Positions 53,701 through 64,000 of a stretch of 64,000 nt of DNA are shown piece after piece; position 1 is the stretch's first letter; the number at the start of each line of letters is the position of its first letter. Made by a program: the position numbers and the translations under genes. The DNA lies in NCBI RefSeq assembly GCF_009914755.1, contig NC_060939.1. One strand, written 5' to 3'. The notes beneath the pieces are model-generated. The model was not told where the DNA came from, did not search any database, and saw only the letters and a list, made by a program, of their open reading frames with translations. The stretch is from the human T2T-CHM13v2.0 reference genome, Homo sapiens.

Positions 53701-56700
53701 TATTGTACAAAAAGAGAGATTCAAAACTGGTCACTCAAAAGTTAGGTCCAGCTCTGTGAGCTGAATGCACACATCACAAAGATGTTTCTCAGAAGGTTTC
53801 TGTATAGTTTTTATATGAAGATATTTGCTTTTCCACAATATGCCTCAAATCTCCCCAATTATCCACTTGCAGATTCTAGAAAAAGAGTGTTTCAAAACAG
53901 CTCAATCAAAATAAACTTTCAACTCTGTGAGATCAATGCACACATCACAAAGAAGTTTCTCAGAATGCTTCTGTGTAGTTTTTTTTGTGAAGATATTTGA
54001 TTTTCCACAGCAGGCTTCCAAGCACTCCAAATATCCACTCGCAGATTCTGCAAAAAGAGAGATTCAAATCTGCTGAATCAAAAGATAGGTTTAACTCTGT
54101 GACTTCAATGCACACCTCACAAGGGTGTTTCTCAGAAAGCTTCTGTGTAGTTTTTATATGAAGATATCTCCTTCTCCAAAGCAGGTCTCAAAGCCCTCCA
54201 AATATTCACTTCAAGATTCTACGGAAAGATTGTCTCAACACTGCTAAATCTAAACAAATGTTCAACTCTGTGTGATGAATGCACTCATCACAGAGAAGTT
54301 TCTCTGAATGCCTCTGTGTAGTTTTTATTTGAAGATATTTGCTTTTCCAGTATAGGGCGAAATAGGGCTCCAAATATTCACTTGCAGATTCTACAAAAGG
54401 AGAGATTCCAAACTGCTCAATCAAAACATAGGTTCAACACTCTGAGTTGAATGCACACATCACAAAGAAGTTTCACAGAGTGCTTCTGGGTAGTTTTTAT
54501 TTGAGGATATTTCCCTTTCCACAATAGGCCTCAAAGCTTTCCAAATATCCACTTGCAGATTCTGCAAAAAGAGAGATACAAAACTGCTCTATCAAAAGAT
54601 AGATTCGACTCTGTGAGTTGAATGCCAACATCGCAAAGAAGTTTCTCAGAATGCTTCTCTGCAGCTTTTTTGTGAGTATGTTTCGTTTTCCACCATAGGG
54701 CGAAATGGGGCTCCAAATATCCACTTGCATTTCCTACAAAAAGAGAGATTCTAAGCTGCTCAATCAAAACATTGTTTCAACACGGTTAGTTGAATGCACA
54801 CATCCCAGAGATGTTTTTCAGAGTGCTTCTGTGTGGTTTTTATGTGAAGATACTTCCTTTTCCACAATAGGCCTCAAATCTCTGTAAATATCCACTTGCA
54901 GACTCTACAAAGAGTGTTTCCAAACTCCTCAATCATAAGATAGGTTCAACTCCGATAGTTGAATGCACACATCACAAAGAAGTTTCTCGGAAAGCTTCTG
55001 TGTAGTTTTTGATGAAGATATCTCCTTCTCTAAAACAGAACTCCAAGCCCTCCAAATATTCACTTCAAGATTCTACGGAAAGATTGTCTCAAACTGCTAA
55101 ATCAAAACAAAGGTTCAACTCTGTGTGATGAATGCATTCATCACAAAGAAGTTTCTCTGAGTGCTTCTGTGCAGTTTTTATTTGAAGATAATTGCTTTTC
55201 CAGTATAGGGCGAAATAGGGCTCCAAATATTCACTTGCAGATTCTACAGAAAGAGAGATTCCAAACTGCTCAATCAAAACATAGGTTCAACACTGTGAGT
55301 TGAATGCATACATCGCAAAGAAGTTTCACAGAGTACTTCTGGGTGGTTTTTATTTGAAGATATTTCCCTTTCCACAATAGGCCTCAAAGCTTTCCAAATG
55401 TCCACTTGCAGATTCCACCAAAAGAGTGTTTCGAAACTGCTCAATCAAAAGAAAGGTTCTACTCTGTGGGATGAATGCACACATCACAAAGTAGTTTCTC
55501 AGAATGCTTCTGTGTAGTTTTTATGTGAAGATATTTGTTTTTCCACAGTAGGCCCCAAAGAGCTCCAAATATTCACTTGCAGATTCTACAAAAAGAGTGT
55601 TCCAAAACTGCTCAATCATGAAATAGGATCAACCCTGTGAGATGAATGTACGTATGACAGAGAAGTTTCTCAGAATGCTTCTGTGTAGTTTTTATGCGAA
55701 GATATTCGACTTTCCACAGTACGCCTCAAAGTTCTCCAATTATCCACTCGTAGATCCTGCAAAAAGAGAGATTCAAAACTGCTCAATCAAAAGATAGTTT
55801 CTACTCCATTAGCTGAAAGACCACATCACAAAAAAAGTTTCTCAGGATGCTTCTGTGTAGTTTTTATGTGAAGATATTTGGTTTTCCACAGTAGGCCTCA
55901 AAGCGCTCCAAATATCCACTCACAGATTCTGCAAAAAGAGAGATTCAAAACTGCTGAATCAAAAGACAGTTTCAACTCTGTGACTTCAGTGCACACCTCA
56001 CAAGGATGTTTCTCAGAATGCTTCTGTGGAGTTTTTATATAAAGATATCTCCTTCTCCAAAATGGATCTCAAAGTTCTCCAAATATTCACTTCCAGATTC
56101 TATGGAAAGATTGTCTCAAAACTGCTCAATCAAACCAAAGGTTCAACTCTGTGAGATGAATGCCCACATCACAAAGAAGTTTCTCAGAGTACTTCTGTGT
56201 AGTTTCTATTTGAGGATAGTTCCTTTTCCACCACAGACCAGAAAGGGCTCCAAATATCCATTGCAGATGGTACAAAAAGTGAGATTCAAAACTGCTCAAT
56301 CCAAAGGTAGTTTCAACCATGTGATATGAATGCACACAGCACAGAGAATTTTCTCAAAATGTGTCTGTCTAGTTTTTATTTGAAGATATTTCCTTTTCTA
56401 CCATAGGCCACAAACGTCTCCAAATATCCACATGCAGCTTCTACAAAAAGAGAGATTCAAAACTTCTCAATCAAAAGATAGGTTCAACTCTGTGAGTTGA
56501 AAGCACACCTCACAGAGAAGTTTCTCAGAGTGCTTCTGTGTGGTGTTTTTATGTGAAGATATTTCCTTTTCCACAATAGGCCTCAAAGCTCTCCAAATAT
56601 CTGCGAGCAGAGTCTACAAAATGAGAGATTCAAAACTGCTCAATGAAAAGATAGGTTCAACTCTGTGAGTTGAATGCACACCTCCAAAGAAGTTTCTCAG

Positions 56701-59700
56701 AATGCTTCCGTGTAGTTTTTATGTGAAGATATTTACTTTTCCACAGTTGTCCCAAAGCTCTAAAATGTCCACTTGCAGACCCTCCAAAAGAGTGTTTCAG
56801 AATTGCTCAATCAAAGGGAAGGTTCAATTCTGTGTGACCAATGCACTCATCACAAAGAAGTTTGTCTGAATGCTTCTGTGTAGAATTGATTTGAAGATAA
56901 TTCCTTTTCCACCACAGTCCGCAAAGGGCTAAAAATATCCACTTGCCGATTCCACAAAAAGAGAGATTCAAAACTGCTCAATCACAAGATAGGTTCAACT
57001 TGGTAATTGGAAAGCACACATGACAAACAATTTCTGAGAATGTTTCTGTGTAGTTTTTAAGGGAAGATATTTGATTTTCAAATGTAGGCCTCAAATCGCT
57101 CCAAATATCCACTTGCATATTGTACAAAAAGAGAGATTCAAAACTGGTCACTCAAAAGTTAGGTCCAGCTCTGTGAGCTGAATGCACACATCACAAAGAT
57201 GTTTCTCAGAAGGTTTCTGTATAGTTTTTATATGAAGATATTTGCTTTTCCACAATATGCCTCAAATCTCCCCAATTATCCACTTGCAGATTCTAGAAAA
57301 AGAGTGTTTCAAAACAGCTCAATCAAAATAAACTTTCAACTCTGTGAGATCAATGCACACATCACAAAGAAGTTTCTCAGAATGCTTCTGTGTAGTTTTT
57401 TTTGTGAAGATATTTGATTTTCCACAGCAGGCTTCCAAGCACTCCAAATATCCACTCGCAGATTCTGCAAAAAGAGAGATTCAAATCTGCTGAATCAAAA
57501 GATAGGTTTAACTCTGTGACTTCAATGCACACCTCACAAGGGTGTTTCTCAGAAAGCTTCTGTGTAGTTTTTATATGAAGATATCTCCTTCTCCAAAGCA
57601 GGTCTCAAAGCCCTCCAAATATTCACTTCAAGATTCTACGGAAAGATTGTCTCAACACTGCTAAATCTAAACAAATGTTCAACTCTGTGTGATGAATGCA
57701 CTCATCACAGAGAAGTTTCTCTGAATGCCTCTGTGTAGTTTTTATTTGAAGATATTTGCTTTTCCAGTATAGGGCGAAATAGGGCTCCAAATATTCACTT
57801 GCAGATTCTACAAAAGGAGAGATTCCAAACTGCTCAATCAAAACATAGGTTCAACACTGTGAGTTGAATGCACACATCACAAAGAAGTTTCACAGAGTGC
57901 TTCTGGGTAGTTTTTATTTGAGGATATTTCCCTTTCCACAATAGGCCTCAAAGCTTTCCAAATATCCACTTGCAGATTCTGCAAAAAGAGAGATACAAAA
58001 CTGCTCTATCAAAAGATAGATTCGACTCTGTGAGTTGAATGCCAACATCGCAAAGAAGTTTCTCAGAATGCTTCTCTGCAGCTTTTTTGTGAGTATGTTT
58101 CGTTTTCCACCATAGGGCGAAATGGGGCTCCAAATATCCACTTGCATTTCCTACAAAAAGAGAGATTCTAAGCTGCTCAATCAAAACATTGTTTCAACAC
58201 GGTTAGTTGAATGCACACATCCCAAAGATGTTTTTCAGAGTGCTTCTGTGTGGTTTTTATGTGAAGATACTTCCTTTTCCACAATAGGCCTCAAATCTCT
58301 GTAAATATCCACTTGCAGACTCTACAAAGAGTGTTTCCAAACTCCTCAATCATAAGATAGGTTCAACTCCGATAGTTGAATGCACACATCACAAAGAAGT
58401 TTCTCGGAAAGCTTCTGTGTAGTTTTTGATGAAGATATCTCCTTCTCTAAAACAGAACTCCAAGCCCTCCAAATATTCACTTCAAGATTCTACGGAAAGA
58501 TTGTCTCAAACTGCTAAATCAAAACAAAGGTTCAACTCTGTGTGATGAATGCATTCATCACAAAGAAGTTTCTCTGAGTGCTTCTGTGCAGTTTTTATTT
58601 GAAGATAATTGCTTTTCCAGTATAGGGCGAAATAGGGCTCCAAATATTCACTTGCAGATTCTACAGAAAGAGAGATTCCAAACTGCTCAATCAAAACATA
58701 GGTTCAACACTGTGAGTTGAATGCATACATCGCAAAGAAGTTTCACAGAGTACTTCTGGGTGGTTTTTATTTGAAGATATTTCCCTTTCCACAATAGGCC
58801 TCAAAGCTTTCCAAATGTCCACTTGCAGATTCCACCAAAAGAGTGTTTCGAAACTGCTCAATCAAAAGAAAGGTTCTACTCTGTGGGATGAATGCACACA
58901 TCACAAAGTAGTTTCTCAGAATGCTTCTGTGTAGTTTTTATGTGAAGATATTTGTTTTTCCACAGTAGGCCCCAAAGAGCTCCAAATATTCACTTGCAGA
59001 TTCTACAAAAAGAGTGTTCCAAAACTGCTCAATCATGAAATAGGATCAACCCTGTGAGATGAATGTACGTATGACAGAGAAGTTTCTCAGAATGCTTCTG
59101 TGTAGTTTTTATGCGAAGATATTCGACTTTCCACAGTACGCCTCAAAGTTCTCCAATTATCCACTCGTAGATCCTGCAAAAAGAGAGATTCAAAACTGCT
59201 CAATCAAAAGATAGTTTCTACTCCATTAGCTGAAAGACCACATCACAAAAAAAGTTTCTCAGGATGCTTCTGTGTAGTTTTTATGTGAAGATATTTGGTT
59301 TTCCACAGTAGGCCTCAAAGCGCTCCAAATATCCACTCACAGATTCTGCAAAAAGAGAGATTCAAAACTGCTGAATCAAAAGACAGTTTCAACTCTGTGA
59401 CTTCAGTGCACAGCTCACAAGGATGTTTCTCAGAATGCTTCTGTGGAGTTTTTATATAAAGATATCTCCTTCTCCAAAATGGATCTCAAAGTTCTCCAAA
59501 TATTCACTTCCAGATTCTATGGAAAGATTGTCTCAAAACTGCTCAATCAAACCAAAGGTTCAACTCTGTGAGATGAATGCCCACATCACAAAGAAGTTTC
59601 TCAGAGTACTTCTGTGTAGTTTCTATTTGAGGATAGTTCCTTTTCCACCACAGACCAGAAAGGGCTCCAAATATCCATTGCAGATGGTACAAAAAGTGAG

Positions 59701-62700
59701 ATTCAAAACTGCTCAATCCAAAGGTAGTTTCAACCATGTGATATGAATGCACACAGCACAGAGAATTTTCTCAAAATGCGTCTGTCTAGTTTTTATTTGA
59801 AGATATTTCCTTTTCTACCATAGGCCACAAACGTCTCCAAATATCCACATGCAGCTTCTACAAAAAGAGAGATTCAAAACTTCTCAATCAAAAGATAGGT
59901 TCAACTCTGTGAGTTGAAAGCACACCTCACAGAGAAGTTTCTCAGAGTGCTTCTGTGTGGTGTTTTTATGTGAAGATATTTCCTTTTCCACAATAGGCCT
60001 CAAAGCTCTCCAAATATCTGCGAGCAGAGTCTACAAAATGAGAGATTCAAAACTGCTCAATGAAAAGATAGGTTCAACTCTGTGAGTTGAATGCACACCT
60101 CCAAAGAAGTTTCTCAGAATGCTTCCGTGTAGTTTTTATGTGAAGATATTTACTTTTCCACAGTTGTCCCAAAGCTCTAAAATGTCCACTTGCAGACCCT
60201 CCAAAAGAGTGTTTCAGAATTGCTCAATCAAAGGGAAGGTTCAATTCTGTGTGACCAATGCACTCATCACAAAGAAGTTTGTCTGAATGCTTCTGTGTAG
60301 AATTGATTTGAAGATAATTCCTTTTCCACCACAGTCCGCAAAGGGCTAAAAATATCCACTTGCCGATTCCACAAAAAGAGAGATTCAAAACTGCTCAATC
60401 ACAAGATAGGTTCAACTTGGTAATTGGAAAGCACACATGACAAACAATTTCTGAGAATGTTTCTGTGTAGTTTTTAAGGGAAGATATTTGATTTTCAAAT
60501 GTAGGCCTCAAATCGCTCCAAATATCCACTTGCATATTGTACAAAAAGAGAGATTCAAAACTGGTCACTCAAAAGTTAGGTCCAGCTCTGTGAGCTGAAT
60601 GCACACATCACAAAGATGTTTCTCAGAAGGTTTCTGTATAGTTTTTATATGAAGATATTTGCTTTTCCACAATATGCCTCAAATCTCCCCAATTATCCAC
60701 TTGCAGATTCTAGAAAAAGAGTGTTTCAAAACAGCTCAATCAAAATAAACTTTCAACTCTGTGAGATCAATGCACACATCACAAAGAAGTTTCTCAGAAT
60801 GCTTCTGTGTAGTTTTTTTTGTGAAGATATTTGATTTTCCACAGCAGGCTTCCAAGCACTCCAAATATCCACTCGCAGATTCTGCAAAAAGAGAGATTCA
60901 AATCTGCTGAATCAAAAGATAGGTTTAACTCTGTGACTTCAATGCACACCTCACAAGGGTGTTTCTCAGAAAGCTTCTGTGTAGTTTTTATATGAAGATA
61001 TCTCCTTCTCCAAAGCAGGTCTCAAAGCCCTCCAAATATTCACTTCAAGATTCTACGGAAAGATTGTCTCAACACTGCTAAATCTAAACAAATGTTCAAC
61101 TCTGTGTGATGAATGCACTCATCACAGAGTAGTTTCTCTGAATGCCTCTGTGTAGTTTTTATTTGAAGATATTTGCTTTTCCAGTATAGGGCGAAATAGG
61201 GCTCCAAATATTCACTTGCAGATTCTACAAAAGGAGAGATTCCAAACTGCTCAATCAAAACATAGGTTCAACACTGTGAGTTGAATGCACACATCACAAA
61301 GAAGTTTCACAGAGTGCTTCTGGGTAGTTTTTATTTGAGGATATTTCCCTTTCCACAATAGGCCTCAAAGCTTTCCAAATATCCACTTGCAGATTCTGCA
61401 AAAAGAGAGATACAAAACTGCTCTATCAAAAGATAGATTCGACTCTGTGAGTTGAATGCCAACATCGCAAAGAAGTTTCTCAGAATGCTTCTCTGCAGCT
61501 TTTTTGTGAGTATGTTTCGTTTTCCACCATAGGGCGAAATGGGGCTCCAAATATCCACTTGCATTTCCTACAAAAAGAGAGATTCTAAGCTGCTCAATCA
61601 AAACATTGTTTCAACACGGTTAGTTGAATGCACACATCCCAGAGATGTTTTTCAGAGTGCTTCTGTGTGGTTTTTATGTGAAGATACTTCCTTTTCCACA
61701 ATAGGCCTCAAATCTCTGTAAATATCCACTTGCAGACTCTACAAAGAGTGTTTCCAAACTCCTCAATCATAAGATAGGTTCAACTCCGATAGTTGAATGC
61801 ACACATCACAAAGAAGTTTCTCGGAAAGCTTCTGTGTAGTTTTTGATGAAGATATCTCCTTCTCTAAAACAGAACTCCAAGCCCTCCAAATATTCACTTC
61901 AAGATTCTACGGAAAGATTGTCTCAAACTGCTAAATCAAAACAAAGGTTCAACTCTGTGTGATGAATGCATTCATCACAAAGAAGTTTCTCTGAGTGCTT
62001 CTGTGCAGTTTTTATTTGAAGATAATTGCTTTTCCAGTATAGGGCGAAATAGGGCTCCAAATATTCACTTGCAGATTCTACAGAAAGAGAGATTCCAAAC
62101 TGCTCAATCAAAACATAGGTTCAACACTGTGAGTTGAATGCATACATCGCAAAGAAGTTTCACAGAGTACTTCTGGGTGGTTTTTATTTGAAGATATTTC
62201 CCTTTCCACAATAGGCCTCAAAGCTTTCCAAATGTCCACTTGCAGATTCCACCAAAAGAGTGTTTCGAAACTGCTCAATCAAAAGAAAGGTTATACTCTG
62301 TGGGATGAATGCACACATCACAAAGTAGTTTCTCAGAATGCTTCTGTGTAGTTTTTATGTGAAGATATTTGTTTTTCCACAGTAGGCCCCAAAGAGCTCC
62401 AAATATTCACTTGCAGATTCTACAAAAAGAGTGTTCCAAAACTGCTCAATCATGAAATAGGATCAACCCTGTGAGATGAATGTACGTATGACAGAGAAGT
62501 TTCTCAGAATGCTTCTGTGTAGTTTTTATGCGAAGATATTCGACTTTCCACAGTACGCCTCAAAGTTCTCCAATTATCCACTCGTAGATCCTGCAAAAAG
62601 AGAGATTCAAAACTGCTCAATCAAAAGATAGTTTCTACTCCATTAGCTGAAAGACCACATCACAAAAAAAGTTTCTCAGGATGCTTCTGTGTAGTTTTTA

Positions 62701-64000
62701 TGTGAAGATATTTGGTTTTCCACAGTAGGCCTCAAAGCGCTCCAAATATCCACTCACAGATTCTGCAAAAAGAGAGATTCAAAACTGCTGAATCAAAAGA
62801 CAGTTTCAACTCTGTGACTTCAGTGCACACCTCACAAGGATGTTTCTCAGAATGCTTCTGTGGAGTTTTTATATAAAGATATCTCCTTCTCCAAAATGGA
62901 TCTCAAAGTTCTCCAAATATTCACTTCCAGATTCTATGGAAAGATTGTCTCAAAACTGCTCAATCAAACCAAAGGTTCAACTCTGTGAGATGAATGCCCA
63001 CATCACAAAGAAGTTTCTCAGAGTACTTCTGTGTAGTTTCTATTTGAGGATAGTTCCTTTTCCACCACAGACCAGAAAGGGCTCCAAATATCCATTGCAG
63101 ATGGTACAAAAAGTGAGATTCAAAACTGCTCAATCCAAAGGTAGTTTCAACCATGTGATATGAATGCACACAGCACAGAGAATTTTCTCAAAATGCGTCT
63201 GTCTAGTTTTTATTTGAAGATATTTCCTTTTCTACCATAGGCCACAAACGTCTCCAAATATCCACATGCAGCTTCTACAAAAAGAGAGATTCAAAACTTC
63301 TCAATCAAAAGATAGGTTCAACTCTGTGAGTTGAAAGCACACCTCACAGAGAAGTTTCTCAGAGTGCTTCTGTGTGGTGTTTTTATGTGAAGATATTTCC
63401 TTTTCCACAATAGGCCTCAAAGCTCTCCAAATATCTGCGAGCAGAGTCTACAAAATGAGAGATTCAAAACTGCTCAATGAAAAGATAGGTTCAACTCTGT
63501 GAGTTGAATGCACACCTCCAAAGAAGTTTCTCAGAATGCTTCCGTGTAGTTTTTATGTGAAGATATTTACTTTTCCACAGTTGTCCCAAAGCTCTAAAAT
63601 GTCCACTTGCAGACCCTCCAAAAGAGTGTTTCAGAATTGCTCAATCAAAGGGAAGGTTCAATTCTGTGTGACCAATGCACTCATCACAAAGAAGTTTGTC
63701 TGAATGCTTCTGTGTAGAATTGATTTGAAGATAATTCCTTTTCCACCACAGTCCGCAAAGGGCTAAAAATATCCACTTGCCGATTCCACAAAAAGAGAGA
63801 TTCAAAACTGCTCAATCACAAGATAGGTTCAACTTGGTAATTGGAAAGCACACATGACAAACAATTTCTGAGAATGTTTCTGTGTAGTTTTTAAGGGAAG
63901 ATATTTGATTTTCAAATGTAGGCCTCAAATCGCTCCAAATATCCACTTGCATATTGTACAAAAAGAGAGATTCAAAACTGGTCACTCAAAAGTTAGGTCC
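44773..64000 (-). repeat. Right HOR block: units 14-19 (3417 bp), a homogeneous haplotype with a 3-bp insertion
   Basis: All units carry CTGTGTGGTGTTTTT (3-bp GTG duplication, e.g. ~46289-46294), CTGTGGAG (45778; LLW in the ORF track) and GATATCTCCTTCTCT (44773). The period is 3417 bp. Confidence 0.9.

Larger units (their letters stand above)
1..64000 (-). repeat. Alpha-satellite higher-order repeat array: 20 x ~171-bp monomers per HOR, 3414-3417 bp per unit, ~18.7 copies
   Basis: The monomer motif GTTTCTCAGAATGCTTCTGTGTAGTTTTTATGTGAAGATATTTCC...CTCCAAATATCCACTTGCAGATTCT...TTCAACTCTGTGAGTTGAATGCACACATCACAAAGAA recurs about every 171 bp and is the reverse complement of the alphoid consensus. 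The same ORF recurs at 65, 3479, 6893, 10307 ... 61539 (spacing 3414-3417 bp). I count 20 monomer starts per period. Adjacent monomers are clearly diverged, whereas HOR copies differ at only a handful of sites. Confidence 0.98.

Noticed and set aside
65-63169. All ORFs in the track (60-113 aa), repeated in every HOR
   Set aside because: They are chance open frames in alpha satellite. They overlap on both strands, recur with the repeat period, contain alphoid-derived pseudo-motifs (HSEKLLCD, KKFLRMLLCSF) and resemble no real protein family.
1-64000. CRISPR-like repeat/spacer interpretation
   Set aside because: There are no unique spacers and no cas genes; the entire ~171-bp monomer is homologous throughout.
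1-64000. Transposon insertion, inversion or truncated HOR variants
   Set aside because: The period stays at 3414-3417 bp and the strand is constant throughout, leaving no room for L1/Alu insertions or monomer deletions.

Overview
The whole 64-kb window is primate, most likely human, alpha-satellite (alphoid) DNA. It is one uninterrupted head-to-tail array of ~171-bp monomers organised into a 20-monomer higher-order repeat (HOR) of 3414-3417 bp: 18 full copies plus one partial copy. With the window start as phase, units begin at 1, 3415, 6829, 10243, 13658, 17072, 20487, 23902, 27317, 30731, 34145, 37560, 40975, 44390, 47807, 51224, 54641, 58058 and 61475. The displayed strand is the reverse complement of the conventional alphoid consensus. 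I found no canonical CENP-B box; the monomers carry the A-type (pJalpha-like) motif at that position, which suggests an older (SF4-like), probably inactive pericentromeric HOR array. There are no credible genes, RNA genes or transposon insertions, and every ORF in the track is a by-product of the repeat. I do not see a new gene-encoded system. The interesting signal is the array's internal structure: (i) a perfect 22-bp palindrome in some HOR copies that is broken in the others by a linked 6-difference, ~72-bp tract; (ii) a sharp haplotype junction near 44.75 kb followed by a 3417-bp block with an emerging 6834-bp (40-monomer) super-period; (iii) mosaic/recombinant and divergent HOR copies; and (iv) traces of older sub-repeat duplications inside the 20-mer. 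All variants were read by eye and should be confirmed by alignment.
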